Assembly (NCBI GenBank): GCA_013239625.1
Contig: MU053365.1
Span: 1,708,115-1,772,114, forward strand
Direction of reading: 5' to 3'
DNA length: 64,000 bases
DNA from: Lama guanicoe
Lineage: Eukaryota
Shown: positions 26,716 to 39,900 of the stretch, piece after piece
How the letters are laid out: each line of letters starts with the position of its first letter
How positions within the stretch are numbered: the first letter of the stretch is position 1
Made by a program: the position numbers and the translations under genes
The notes under the pieces: generated by a model
What the model saw: the letters and a program-made list of their open reading frames with translations, nothing else
Told to the model about the DNA's origin: nothing
Database searches by the model: none

Positions 26716-28664
26716 AATCCCTTACTTACCTGGCATGTAGGAATTCTGTAATTTTTAAATTGCCTGATGCATGGATGATTAGTATACACTTAGTATCAAG
26801 TGATGTGATTTAACATCAAAATGTCAAGTGAAGTTGGATTCAATGTTTGATGCCAATGAATGGGTTCCATAAAGTTCCATTTATCTATCGCTACGTAACA
26901 AACCATCTGCTTTTTGGTTAGGATTCCTTCCTAAAATGTCAGTTCTCTGTGGGAAAGAGAATATTCCTGATTCACTTCTATATCAACAGTGCCTATTAAA
27001 ATGCCTAGGACCATGTGACTCCATGAATAAGGCTGATGCAGTTCATTCATTCATGTACGCATTCATTTGTCTACACATTCATCAAGCGAGCATGTCTAGT
27101 TAGTGGCAGTGTTAAGACCCAAACACATCTTATTCTATGTTTAGTGTTATTTCTATTACACTGTTTGTTATATAGTATCTCAAAATGCTATGGGGCATCA
27201 CATTTACAAAGCACTTAAATATAAAATATTATCTCAATTATCACAAATGCTCTGGTAAATTGTCAATATTGTTTTTATTATACAGACGTGGCTCAGAGAG
27301 GTAAAATATTTTGGCCAAAATAGCAAAGACTTCTCACACCATCTGTTGATTTTTTCCCCCACTTAACCACAGTATGAATTAATTGATTATCTCTTTTTAT
27401 TACTTTTGAAATGAATATCAGTAACTTTACACTGTTTATTTAGAGAGATCGTCTAAGATGTTAATTTGAACAACTTCAGGGTTCTAGAATTTTTTTCTCT
27501 CTCATTATACAAGCAGTAAATGAGGCATCCCCTTTGAAAGATGAACTTGTTGAACCCCATTCATTTTCAAATGACCTTCTTTTGGTATTGAATTTCAAGT
27601 TGGCAGTGAGATATCACGCAAAAGTCACAGAACTCGATGATGAAGTATGCAATTAACATAGACTTTTTTAGGAATATTTATCAGTTAGTTTGTTCTTTGA
27701 CCAACATTTTAGAATTTATGTGTATGGATATGTGTGCGTGTGTGTCCTGTAATTTGTACTAGAAATACTTTAGCAAATAGTATATAAAATCAAATACTAT
27801 ATACCTCTTTACTTTGCTCCTCAAACACCTACTAAAAACAGACTGTTTTGACATGTGAATGTTTAATCCCAGCTGGTTGGTTTGAATAGTGATTTAATGA
27901 GAACTAGTCCATTAAGTACATAGGCTGGCTATATTTTGCGATTATGAAGTATCAAGTCCTATACATAATCATTTGAATACATCTTCAGATCATGTGAGTA
28001 AAGGGTGGTGGTGGAAACGCTGAAGAATGACCTGTGATTTCTGCTTTTCAGACATAGACCTTAGATAAACACAAATATGCATATATGCAAATGAACTCGG
28101 TGGAGCACTGATTCCATTAGAAAGACCCTAGCACTTGAGGAGACAATCTTCATTTCTCTATAATTCTTTCTGACCTGGTTTTTCTTTTCCTGGCTTACAA
28201 GAAGAGATTTGTTAGATATAGTATATTGGACACCAACTTAGGCTTAACTTCCAAGGGCAGTTTTCCATTTTTAAGGTATAATTATCTATAGACAATTAGC
28301 TGCAGGTGGTGAAATAATAGACACAGTTCATTACACATGAAATTAGCCAACTGTTAGGTTTTTGGGCTAGTTTCTGGAGCAACTGACCACTTAAACCTTA
28401 TTTAGTGAGTTCAAGCAGCCAATTACACATAACAATTATTTGAGGATCTAATTTTTCCACATGCAGTTAATTTGGAACTGACGATTGTATGTGATTAATA
28501 GAATGGCTGTGTAAGCTCATTTATTATAAAGGTGTCTTGTAAGCCTGCCTAGAACACTGAGGGGAGAATGCAAGAGGCTCAGAATAGATTCAGCCTATAC
28601 AGGAGGTATCATGCAGTTGTCACAGATCTATGCAGACAGGTTTAGGAAGGTTTAGGAAGTTAAA

Positions 28665-29210
28665 GATTCAGTCAGTGAACATATACCAAGTGCCTACTCT
28701 GTGTCAGGAACCATTCTTGGCACTGGGAATACAAAGAGAGACAAGATACAATCTTTGCTTTCAAGTAACTTTCCAACCCAGATTTGTCGAGCATTATGTA
28801 GCAATAGGCATAAAACCAAAGTGCTACAGAAGTTCTGATGAAAATGATGAATTACTTCAAATCTATCTGTGTACTACATCTCTACTCTTAGTCCAAACCA
28901 CCGTAATTACATGTCTGAGCTGACCAGCCACTTCTGGTTCCTTGGTCCTCTGCTCACATACTCTCTCCTCAGAAAAGCCCTTCTCATCACCTCCATTGAA
29001 ATGAGCTCACCACTCTAGCCCTCAGTCACTTGTTTATTTTTCTTCATAGGTCTTATCACTACCCAACCTTATATTATGTATTTATTTTTTGATTAACTCT
29101 TTGTAGTAGACTGTAAGTTTTATAAAAGCAGGATTATTACACACATTGTTCACTTCTCTATGAGTTGCTAGAACAGTGTGTTTCATAGATTAGCTTTTCA
29201 GTATTTTTTA
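28665..29210. mobile_element. L2 relics (minus 28665-28850, plus 28850-29210)
   Basis: gtgcctactctgtgtcaggaaccattcttggcactggga; tagactgtaagttttataaaagcagg. Confidence 0.65.
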
Positions 29211-29566
29211 AAATTACATAATCTATAGACTGGGTAATCATGGAGAGGGTTTCAGGAAGAAAATGATATTTTAACAGTTATTTCAAGATCGTGACCATTG
29301 ATTAAGCACAGTTATGTTTCAGGCAATGCAAATATTTGGCCTGCTTTTGTTTCATGGGACAGAGAAGATAAGTGAGGGAATTGCTAGCAGGCTGAGTGGA
29401 GAGAACTTTTTGAATGAGGAAGGAATGTATTCAGAGCTGCATTTAGAACGAAACTGGCAATATGGCAGTGTAATGATTGCAGTAACCAACAGTCTGAGGG
29501 TTTACTAAAGAGAATACAGTATGTTAACTTTCAAATGCCGTAACATATGTCTCCAATTGAATTTTT

Positions 29567-29681
29567 TTTGGTGGGGGAGGTAATTAGGTTTATTTATTTT
29601 TAGAGTTGGTACTGGGGATTGAACCCAGGACCTTGAGTATGCTAAGCATGTGCTCCACCACTTAAGCTATACCCTCCCTGC
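29567..29681 (-). mobile_element. Camelid tRNA-derived SINE (Vic-1 type)
   Basis: Minus strand gggagggtatagcttaagtggtggagcacatgcttagcat...gtcctgggttcaatcccc has Pol III A/B boxes and an A tail; 16-bp TSD CTCCAATTGAATTTTT at 29551-29566 and 29682-29697. Confidence 0.92.
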
Positions 29682-30013
29682 CTCCAATTGAATTTTTGAA
29701 GGCCTGATGAGGGAGGCACATGACATTTTACTAAAGACTGAACAGATTGATTGTCTGTAGGTTGAAATATAGGATATATGTTACTATTAATACCTCTCAC
29801 CCCCACTCCACTAGAAAGCGTCCGGGAGGTCTGAAGCTCTCCTGCCAGTAATATTGACAAGAAAGTCAATAAACCTAACAGTGGGAAAGAGGAAGGTGAA
29901 CAAATTATTCATGTCGACTCCTCTGCAGGTTCCAGCTGTTGGTGTTTTTAAAAGGTCGAGTTCTCTGGCATTGGTCAGAGACTGGTGGTTAAATGGAGTT
30001 AAATAGAGCTCTG

Positions 30014-30179
30014 TCATGTGACTAAGTTTTCGTTTGTCTCCACCTGGGCAACCATTTCGATGCCTTCTCCGACATCACTAGAAGCAACGCCCTCCACTGG
30101 CTCTTCATTTAGGGTGGGGACTGAGAGTCCTGCTTTTTGGGCAAACGGCTCCTGCTACATACTGAAGTATCACAGTTGT
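30014..30179 (-). CDS. Candidate terminal exon H: RQL*YFSM*QEPFAQKAGLSVPTLNEEPVEGVASSDVGEGIEMVAQVETNENLVT*
   Basis: Acceptor ttcttctgttaaaag; phase-2 entry puts it in the frame of a 45-codon run (30151-30017) in which 24 of 45 codons start with G; stops at 30172-30170 and 30157-30155. Confidence 0.5.
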
Positions 30180-30199
30180 CTTTTAACAGAAGAATTTGT

Positions 30200-31490
30200 G
30201 TGACTAAGTTGAGAGCCAAACTGGCTGATTTCTTTTATGGAATTCTAGTTTTTCAACTGACAGACAAACCACAGTTATTCAAATTCCATTAGGAAAGCGT
30301 TTTATCAAAATGATATAAATGAGCTTAAAATTTCGAGGACATTAACTGATAGCATTTGTTCCTAGTAGTAAAATTTGAGATTTCAAAGTAAAAAAATAAA
30401 TATAATTTTGGAAAATGTTATCTGTTGCTGTAAGTTTGAAAACTTCCCAATATATGAAGTCTTTTCGGATCAGACTAATATTAAGGACTGTGATTTTTGA
30501 TACTGTATAATAAAATATTTCAATAAATGGAGGATCAGCATAACTCTGTGAATATTTTCCAAATGACCTGTGAATGATGTTGGAAATCACTTATGCATAT
30601 ACATGAAAGACCCACTCAAAGTGAAAGACAGGCCAATGGATTTTAATGTAACTGGGGATGAAAATCTTACCCATATGGCTTCAGAGTCCATAATGCAGCT
30701 AACCTTTATAAAACCATTGCCTGTGGAATTTCTACATAGTATAAAAGGAAAATATACAGTTATCTGGAAAGACTACTAAAATATTCCTTCATTTTTGAAT
30801 TAGATATCTGTATAAGATTAAATTTTTTCTATATTTCAACTAAAACAATTTATTACAGCAGGCTGAATGTAAAAGCAGATAGGAAAACCCAGCAGTTTTC
30901 TATCAAGAAATATTAAGGATATTTTGCAAAATGTAAAACAGTAACACTTATCATTACATTTTTTGTCATTTTGGAAAATATAATCAATTTTCATAAAAAT
31001 GTTTTTTATGTTAAAATATAGTTTTTTATTGAGTTATAGTCAATTTACAATGTTGTGTCAATTTCCAGTGTAGAGCACTATTTTTCAGTTATACATGAAC
31101 ATACACATATTCATTGTCACATTCTTTTTCGCTGTGAGCTACCACAAGATCTTGTATATATTCCCCTGTGCTATACAGTATAACCTTGTTTATCTATTCT
31201 GCATATGCCTGTCGGTATCTACAAATTTTGAACTCCCAGTCTGTCCCTTCCCACCCTCCTCCCCCTGGCAACCACAACTTTGGATTCTATGTCTATGAGC
31301 CTGTTTCTGTTTTGTATTTATGCAATTTTTAATTAATATTATTTTAAAGTTAATTTACTAAGCTGATATTAAGTTTCCAAGTTTTAATTTATAATATGGA
31401 AGAAATTAATAGGTATAACCCACATAAAAACTCTTTGGGATCTTCCATAATTTTTAAGAATATAAATGAATGAATGAAATAAAGAAATTC
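30200..31490 (+). mobile_element. Charlie1a/1b hAT transposon fragment, interrupted by an L1 3'UTR
   Basis: caactgacagacaaac...gacccactcaaagtgaaagacaggccaatggattttaatgtaac; subterminal ataacccacataaaaactctttggg. Confidence 0.85.
31022..31322 (-). mobile_element. Young L1 3'UTR fragment, same subfamily as 4122-8189
   Basis: Near-identical to 4131-4405. Confidence 0.92.
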
Positions 31491-31499
31491 CAGAAATAC

Positions 31500-34168
31500 T
31501 TCAGATGTGGGATTGCAGGATCATATGGTAACTCTAGTTTTAGTTTTAGTTTCTTTGGGAACCTCCATACTGTCTTCCATAATAGTGGCTGCACCAATTT
31601 ACATCCCCACCAACAGTGTGGACTTTTCAATGATGACCATTCTGATTGGTGTGAGATGATACCTCATTGTAGTTTTGATTTGCATTTCTCTGATAATTTG
31701 CAATGTTGAGCATCTTTTCATGTGCCTGTTGGCCATCTGATATCTTCTTTGGAGAAATTTCAATTTAGATCTTCTGACCATTTTTGGATTGAGTTGTTTG
31801 TGTTTTTCATATTAAGTTGTATGAGCTATTTGTATATTTTGGAAATTAATCCCTTGTTGGTCACATTGTTTCCAGATACTCTCTCTCATTCTGTAAATTG
31901 TCTTTTCATTTTGTTAATGATGTCCTTAGCTGTGCAAAAGCTTATAAGTTTACTTATGTCTCATTTGCTTATTTTTGCTTTTATTTCCATTACTCCAGGA
32001 GATGGATCCAAGAAATATTACTAAAGTTTATGTCAAAGAGTGTTCTGCTTCTGTTTTCCTCTAGGAGTTTTATAGTATCCAGTCTTATATTTAGGTCTTT
32101 AATCCATTTTGGTTTTATTTTTGTATATCGTGTTAGAGAATATTCTTTTACATGTAGCTGTCCAGTTTTCCTGGCACCACTTATTAAAGAGGTTGTCTTT
32201 TCTACATTGTATGTTCTTGCATCCTTTGTCATAGATTAATTGACCATAAGTGCATTGGTTTATTTCTAGGCTTTCTATCCTGTTCCATTGATCTGTGTGT
32301 CTGTTTTTATGCCAGTACCATACTGTTTTGATTACTCTAGCTTTGTAGTATGGTCTGAAGTCAGAGAGCCTGATTGCTCTAGCTATGTTCTACTTAAGAT
32401 TATTTTGGGCTGTTCAGGATCTTTTGCATTTCCATACAAATTTAAAAATATTTTGTTCTAGTTCTGTGAAAAATGCTATTGGTAATTTGATAGGGATTGC
32501 ATTGAATCTGTAGATTGTCTTGGGTAGTATGATCAATCTGAGAACATGGTATGTCTTTCCATTTGTTTGTGTCATCTTCAATTTCTTTCATCAGTGTCTT
32601 ATAGTTTCCAGAGTACAGGTCTTTTGCCTCCTTAGGTAGGTTTATTCCTATGTATTTTATTCTTTTTGATGTGATGGTAAATGGGATTGTTTCCTTAATT
32701 TCTCTTTCTGATATTTTGTTGTTCGTGTATAGAAATGCAACTGATTTCTGCATATTAAATTTTTATCCTGCAACTTTACCAAATTCATTGATGAGCTCTA
32801 GTGGTTTTCTGGTAGTGTCTTTAGGATTTTCTGTGTATAGTGGCATGTCATCTGCAAACAGTGACAGTTTTACTACTTTTTTTCTAATTTGGATTTCCTT
32901 TATTTCTTTTACTTCTCTGATTGCTTTGGCTAGGACATCCACAACTAAGTTGAATAAAAGTGTTGAGAGTAGTGGGAGAGCATCTTTTCCTACCACAACA
33001 TATAAATAATAAATCAATTACAAGAAAAAAACTGCAAAACAAACACATAGAGGCTGAACAATATGCTACTAAACAACCAATGGGTCACTGAAGAAATGAA
33101 AGAAGAAATTTAAAAAATGCCTAGAGACAAATAAAAACAAAAATATGATGATCCAAGACCTATGTGGTGCAGCAAAATCAGTTTTAAGAGGGAAATTTAT
33201 TGCAATACAAGCATACCCAGGGAACAAGAAAAATCTCAAATAAAGAACCTAACCTTACATGTAAAACAACTAGAGAAAGAATAACAAACAAAACCCAAAG
33301 TTAGTAGATGGAAAAAAATCATAAAGATCAGAGCAGAAATAAATGAAATAGAGACTAATAAACAATAGAAAAGATCAATGAAACTAAAAGCTGATTCTTT
33401 GAAAAGATAAACAAAATTGATAAAGCTTTAGCTAGACTCATCAAGAAGAAAAGGGAGAGGGCCCAAATCAATAAAATGGACAACGTAGAAGAAATGGACA
33501 AATTCTCAGAAAGGAACAATCTCCCAAGACTGAACCAGGAAGAAATGGAAAATATGAACAGACCAATTACCAGCACTGAAAATGAATCAGTAATTTAAAA
33601 ACTCCTAACAAACAAAAGTTCAGTACCAGATAGCTTCACAGGCAAATTCTACCAAGTATTTAGAAAAGAGTTAACACCTATCCTTCTGCAGGTATTCCAA
33701 GAAATTGCAGAGAAACACTTCCAAACTCACTCTATGAGGCCACCATCACTCTGATACAAAAACCAGACAAAGATACTGCAAAAAAAGAAAAGAAAGCTAC
33801 AGGCCAATGTCACTGATGAGCATAGATGCAAAAAATCCTCAACAACATACTAGCAAACCAATCCAACAATGCATTCAAAGGAAGATACACCAAGAGCAAG
33901 TGGGATTTATCCCAGGGATACAAGGATTTTTTAATATCTGCAAATCAATCAGTGTGATACACCACATTAACAAACTGAAGAATAAAAACCATACGGTCAT
34001 TTCAATAGATGCAGAGAAAGCTTTTGATACAATGCAACATCCAAAAAAACTCTCCAGAAAGTGGGCATAGAGGGAACATACTTCAACAAAATAAAGGCCA
34101 TATATGACAAACCCACAGCTAACATCATACTTAATGGTGAAAAACTGAAAGCATTTCCTCTAAGATTA
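31500..34168 (-). mobile_element. L1 with 5' inversion: minus arm 31500-32980, inverted plus arm 32990-34168
   Basis: ORF2 translations on both strands; plus arm ends at EKLKAFPLR, directly upstream in ORF2 of where the minus arm begins. Confidence 0.88.
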
Positions 34169-34639
34169 ATACATTGTTCTTAAAGGATATACTGGATTGT
34201 CACCTGTGCCCTTTCAGTAATTGTCACAAGAATGATGGGAATAAATACTCTATGATGTTGTGGTGTAACATGACAGTAATTCACTACAAAATGTAGCTGC
34301 AGTATGCTTTCAAGAAGTTTCTTTTAATCACTTGGCCATTGGCTTATCAATTTTTTTGAAACCTGTAGCCTTTTGTGGCATCAGTGTTAAGGCTTAAAAC
34401 TTACTGAAAGCCAGAATAGATTTAAAACTGTTACCAGTTTGCATTTTGACCATATTAAGAATTAAAAAGTTATGCTATCTTCCAACTGACAGCATTACTT
34501 TCTTTTTCCAGTAAGACAAGTCTTATAAATCAATTTAGTTTATGGTACTTATAAATTTTTATTTTGTGCCAAAACCACAATTCAAAAATCCAATCAACAG
34601 CTGAGGTAAATGGCTTCAAAAAGTGTTGAAAAATCTGAC

Positions 34640-34711
34640 CTCTGCCTTTTTGTGAAGATTAATTCATGTGTACTCTTTTCCTTGGGGATGATCTTGATGC
34701 CAGGTATAAAC
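34640..34711 (-). CDS. Candidate exon G (72 nt, phase 2-2): FIPGIKIIPKEKSTHELIFTKRQ
   Basis: Acceptor tcttttaaag, donor GAG|gtcaga; only this frame is open. Confidence 0.5.
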
Positions 34712-34984
34712 CTTTAAAAGACTCTCAATTTCAGTGCTTAATCTTGAGAATGTGACCGGAGAACTCAGAGATGGCTAATGTGATGTACAACTACCCGAGA
34801 AGCAGGACATGACTTGTCTTAGCTACACGGCCAAGAGCTAGGAGGACAACGCTTTGACTCAGTCAGCACCTCTTTACACTAAGATGACTTGGAACTTGCC
34901 AGGAATCATGCCAAGCACTCAAACTCTTTTTATTTTTGAGCAAACAAAATGAAGATACTATTCAGTCAAGACATAATTGTATTA

Positions 34985-35885
34985 AAAGAGACATCCAGAT
35001 GGCCAACAGGCACATGAAAGCATACTCAATATTGCTAATTATCAGAGAAATGCATATCAAAACTACAATGAGGTATCATCTCACACCAGTCAGAATGGCC
35101 ATCATTAAAAAGTCTACAAATAATAAGTGCTGGAGAGGGTGTAGAGAAAAGGGAGCCCTCCTACACTGCTGGTGGTAATGTAGTTTGGTGTAGCCACTAT
35201 GGACAATAGTATGGAGGTTCCTTAAAAAACTAAAAATAGACTTACCATACAATCCAGCAATCCAATTCCTGGATCTATATCCAGAGAAAACTATAATTTG
35301 AAATGACACAGGGACCCCAATGTTCATAGCAGTACTATTTACCATAGCTAATACATGGAGACAATCTAAATGTCCATTGATAGATGAATGGATAAGGAAG
35401 ATGTGGTGTATACATATATAATGGAATATTACTCAGCCATAAAAAGAGTGAAATAATGCCATATGCAGCAACATGGATGGACCCAGAGATTATCATACTA
35501 AGTGAAGTCAATCAGACAGAGAAAGACGAATGTCATATGATATCACTTATATGTGGAATCCAAAAAGAGATACAAATTTTATTTATAAAACAGAAATAGA
35601 CTCAGGAACATACAAAACAAACTATGGTTACCAAAGAGGAAATTAGGAGAGGGATAAATTAGGAGATTATGATTAACAGATACACATTACTATATATAAA
35701 ATAGATAAACAACAAGGACCTACTGTATAGCACAAAGAACTATATTCAGTCTCTTGTAATAAGCTATAATGGAAAAGAATCTGAAAATATTTGTATATAT
35801 GTATGTATAACTGAATTGCTTTGCTGTACACCTGAAACTAACATTGTAAATCAACTACACTTCAATAAAAATAAAATTTTTTAAA
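34985..35885 (+). mobile_element. 5'-truncated L1 (ORF2 C-terminus plus 3'UTR)
   Basis: [10 protein letters not shown]...[25 protein letters not shown] with A tail; degenerate TSD attgtat(t/a)aaaa. Confidence 0.93.
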
Positions 35886-35946
35886 AGATTGTATAAAAAA
35901 AGAGAGAGTTGATAAAATAAGTTTTTGGTTTCCTAAGAAAAGGTAC

Positions 35947-35992
35947 CAGGTCTTTTACTGTTTTCTTGGAATATGATGACAGACTCTTCTAT
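35947..35992 (-). CDS. Candidate exon F (phase 1-2): RRVCHHIPRKQ*KT; an alternative donor after 35959 avoids the stop
   Basis: Acceptor cttcctgtatctatag; donors CTG|gtacct or ACA|gtaaaa, both phase 2 and both weak. Confidence 0.4.
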
Positions 35993-36182
35993 CTATAGAT
36001 ACAGGAAGTTTCCAAAGCACCTTGCTTTGCTCATTTGCTTTACTAAAGCTGTGTAAGGTTTGCAGGGTAAGGATTACCATACAAGATTTGGATGACATCT
36101 CCAATTCCTTCAAAAACAGAGGACAAAAATGTCTGTAAACTTCAGCAGTGGGATTTAAAATTTCACATAATGTAAAACTCAC

Positions 36183-36287
36183 TGAGCCTAAGAATCCGTG
36201 GGACAGTATACCCCAGGTGCTGGTTGTGTAAATCTCTCCAAAACCCTTCTGTTATTCCTTCTTCTGTTCTCAGTTCATATATCATGG
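36183..36287 (-). CDS. Candidate exon E (105 nt, phase 1-1): MIYELRTEEGITEGFWRDLHNQHLGYTVPRILRL
   Basis: Acceptor tctctgcctttag, donor TCA|gtgagt; only this frame is open. Confidence 0.6.
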
Positions 36288-36589
36288 CTAAAGGCAGAGA
36301 TTGTTAAGGCTTAAGCCCTGCAAGGATATTGTAATTGCTAATACTAAAGAATTTTACATCAGCTGTCTTTGGATTATTGAGTTCATTGTATTTAGAAAAG
36401 AAGTTTAGAGAGTTTGGCTTTTTTCCTTCCTACACTTTTTTTAACTGTAAAACTTCATGACTGGCTGTTGAAGATTTTGAGTTGAAGATCCAGTTTTGAT
36501 GCAAGTAATTAACTGTAATCTTAGACAAGCTGCCCATAGACTTTGCATATTTGAATATTCATTGTTCTAAAATGATAAGGGTAACTTAC

Positions 36590-36609
36590 TGTACCCAACC
36601 ACCAAGTGT
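36590..36609 (-). CDS. Candidate micro-exon D (20 nt, phase 2-1): HLVVGY
   Basis: Long pyrimidine tract (ctctattatcttcttttattgttaacaaccag) and consensus donor ACA|gtaagt. Confidence 0.5.
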
Positions 36610-37804
36610 CTGGTTGTTAACAATAAAAGAAGATAATAGAGGCGAGAGTTATTTTACTCAGTCTAAACTTGCGGGAAGCCTGGAAGGGTTTCAAGACATG
36701 CTTCACCCACTTGAGGCCTGTGGTAGCATGAGTAAGTTACTTTAAACACCTCAGGTTTCTTGACATGTAAAATATTGTTGACAGTAAGGTTCATCACATA
36801 GATCTAAACAAAATATTTGATAAAACTATCTGTCAGGGATGAACACATATAATAAATGTTCAACACAAGTTAGCTGTAGCATCATCGGGTTCATAGTATT
36901 ATGGGATTTTTAGTTCAGTAATGGGCATTAAAGATATCTAATTTTGTCTTAAAATGAATACAACCAAAAAATTAAAGCAAAAACAAACAAAAAAGAATAC
37001 AACCTATAGCATCCCTTAAAAAGGATATATGAATTTTTCCAATTATAGAGAATTGAATATTTCTAGTAATGTGCCTGAGTTCTTTGGAATATCTTCTTTT
37101 TGGTTTACAAGTCCTATAATTTTTAATCATTTGTTTGAATCCTATTGAACTATACAGATGAATATCTTTCACATAACAAGATAATTGTCAATCAACCATA
37201 AATTTTCTATTTCAGGGTAATGATTACTAAGTTCAACTATTCTTCATATTGCATAATTTTAATATATTTATTGTTCTGGTTTGGACTGTTTACAGAAAAA
37301 AATATATGTTTTTGAGATTCTTCTATGTATCAGAACCTATGCTTAGAATTTGGGAAAAGGCTATAAAATAGACATGGACTTGAACTTGATGAGGCACATC
37401 TATTGCAGCTCCATTCTAGATGCAATAAATCAAAACAAGAAAAGGAAGCAACAAGTTCATATCTCAGCAGAAACATTTAGTTTCAAAATGAACAAAGCAT
37501 ACAACCTTCATTATTCATGAAATTCTATGGATTTCACCCTAAGTATCAGAAAAGATGATTTAAGATTTGCTCTTGGTTTTTAAAACAAAAAAATTTAAAT
37601 GTAACATAATTTTGCTTGACCCTTGAATAATCCATATGAAGCAAATCCAAATCAGAAAATTAAATCTTAATTACAAAATTAATCTTTCTTGTTAAATCAG
37701 AGTTATCAAGATGAATTCTACTCTAATAGAGCAATAGCTTCAGTAATACCAAATATTGCTGCCTTGAGTAACCATTTACACCCCCCAAAAAGCTTCTCAG
37801 ATTT

Positions 37805-38603
37805 TTATACAAAAATAAACACAAAATGGCTTAAAGACTTCAACATAAGACAAGATACTATAAACCTTCTAGAAGAAAACATAGGCAAAACATTCTCTGA
37901 CATAAATCTTAGCAATGTTCCCCTAGGGCAGTCTACCCAGGCAATATAAATAAAAGCAAAAAATAAACAAATGAGACCTAATTAAACTTATAAGCTTTTG
38001 CATAGGAAAAGGAACCATAAGTAAAACAAAAAGACAGCCTATGGAATGGGAGAAAATATTTGCAAATATTAAGACTGACAAGGGCTTAATTTCCGGAATA
38101 TACAAACAGCTCATAGAACTTAATAACAAAAAACAAGCAACCCAATCCAAAAAATGGTCAGAAGACCCAAACACGGCATCCTCCAGTGGAGATACACACA
38201 TGGCCAATACGCACATGAAAAAATGCTCAATATCACTAATTATCAGAGAAATGCAAATCAAAACTACAATGAGGTATCACCTCACACCGGTCAGAATGGC
38301 CATCATTCAAAAGTCCACAAATGATAAGTGCTGGAGAGGCTGTGGAGAAAAGGGAACCCTCCTACACTGCTGGTGGGAATCCAATTTGGTGCAGCCACTG
38401 TGGAAAACAGTATGGAGATTCCTTAAAAAAGCAAAAATAGACTTACCATATGATTCAGCAATCCTACTCCTGGGTATATATCCAGATGAAACTCTAATTT
38501 GAAAACATACATGCACCTCAATGTTCATAGCAACACTATTACAATAGCCAAAACATGGAAACAACCTAAGTGTCCACTGACAGATGACTGTTTAAAGTAT
38601 GGT

Positions 38604-38650
<47 letters not shown>

Positions 38651-38782
38651 AATACTACTTAACCATAAAAAAGAATAAAATAATGCCATTTGCAGCAACA
38701 TGGATGGACCTGGAGATTGTCATTCTAAGTGAAATAAGCCAGAAAAAGAAAGAAAAATACCCTGTGATATCACTCATATGTG
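37805..38782 (+). mobile_element. Young L1 3' ORF2 fragment; 3'UTR end missing
   Basis: [24 protein letters not shown]...[21 protein letters not shown]. Confidence 0.95.
38606..38648. repeat. (CA)n microsatellite
   Basis: Seen directly. Confidence 0.95.
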
Positions 38783-38967
38783 AAAGTAGTAATCTTTTGA
38801 TGTTTGACTACATTTTTTTTTCTCATACACATCATGGCTCCTCCCTTACATCTTTGGAACAGTTCCTCAGAGCTAGCTGAAAGGCTGTCTCCCAGGCTAT
38901 AGTGCTCAGTAAGTTCCCCCAAATAAAACTCACAACTTTTAGGTTGTGCATTTTTCTTCAGTTCACA
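38783..38967 (+). mobile_element. 3' half of an ERV1-type LTR
   Basis: tttggaacagttcctcagagct...gtctcccaggctatag...aaataaaactc...ttcagttcaca. Confidence 0.6.
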
Positions 38968-39190
38968 GATGGTAGCTGAGAATCAGAAGAATCTAGAACA
39001 GTTTTTGGAAGAGATGATGAGCATCGACTGTGTATCCAGAAACCTACTGCAGTGAATGAGGCTGCAGTTTTTCTCCCATTAACTTTCCTCTTCTAGTTTC
39101 TTCTTAGTAAGAAAGGCCCACCAGAGTATTGTAGGAGGAGCTTCCCAAATAAATGTGGAAAAGTGGATTCAGGAGGCACATGAGACAGAC

Positions 39191-39900
39191 TGTGTTAGAC
39201 ATGGTGTTGTTGACAAAAATAATCAATAAACAGACAAGAAGAAGAATAGAAAAGAGTCTTATCTGAGCCAAACTGAGGACTAGCCTGGAAGCCTGCTTCC
39301 AATTACTCTGAGAAACTGCTCCAGAAAAGCAGGATTTTCAATGCAGTTTTATATCTTGTCAGAACACAGAATATTAAACAAGTCAGGGTTACATTTCTTC
39401 AATGTTTCAAAGAAAATAGACCAGCATGTGCATGTACAGCAATGCAGTGTGGCCTTGGCACCCGGGAACAGTCTTACCGTCAAAGGAGGACCAGGAAGAG
39501 GGGCGTTTGATCTTTATTTTTAAGATGGGCATTCTCTTAAGGTCAATGTGCCCTTTTCTTTACTAATTAAAGCAAATGTGCAATGTACGTTTGATAGGCC
39601 ACAAACAGGCTATTTTATTTTAGCATAAAATTTGAGTTGACTCATGTATAAGCCAGAGTGAGTCCCCTATATCTCAATATGTGAAAATGTCTTTTATCAG
39701 TGTTAGACACCACCTGTCTGCTTCAGAAAAGGACTAGTAACCCAGCTGTCAGCTCCTTCAGGGTGTGCCTCAGCTACAGATGCTGCCTTGCCTAACATCC
39801 TGCCCTTTCTGGGGCGGGCCACATCTAATGACTGAGTAAAGCTGGAAAATAAAAGCCCAGCTAGTTCAGCCCAAGGTGGTTCACTCTACTCAGAAATGTT
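39191..39900 (+). mobile_element. LTR16-like (ERVL) LTR, split by a younger LTR
   Basis: gtcagctccttcagggtgtgcctcagct...ggccacatctaatgactg resembles LTR16A. Confidence 0.65.
39208..39699 (-). mobile_element. Full-length solo ERV1 LTR (492 bp, MER41-like group)
   Basis: TG...CA termini; 4-bp TSD GTGT at 39204-39207 and 39700-39703. Confidence 0.85.

Noticed and set aside
29600..29678. tRNA gene
   Set aside because: It is the head of a SINE, with SINE tail and TSD
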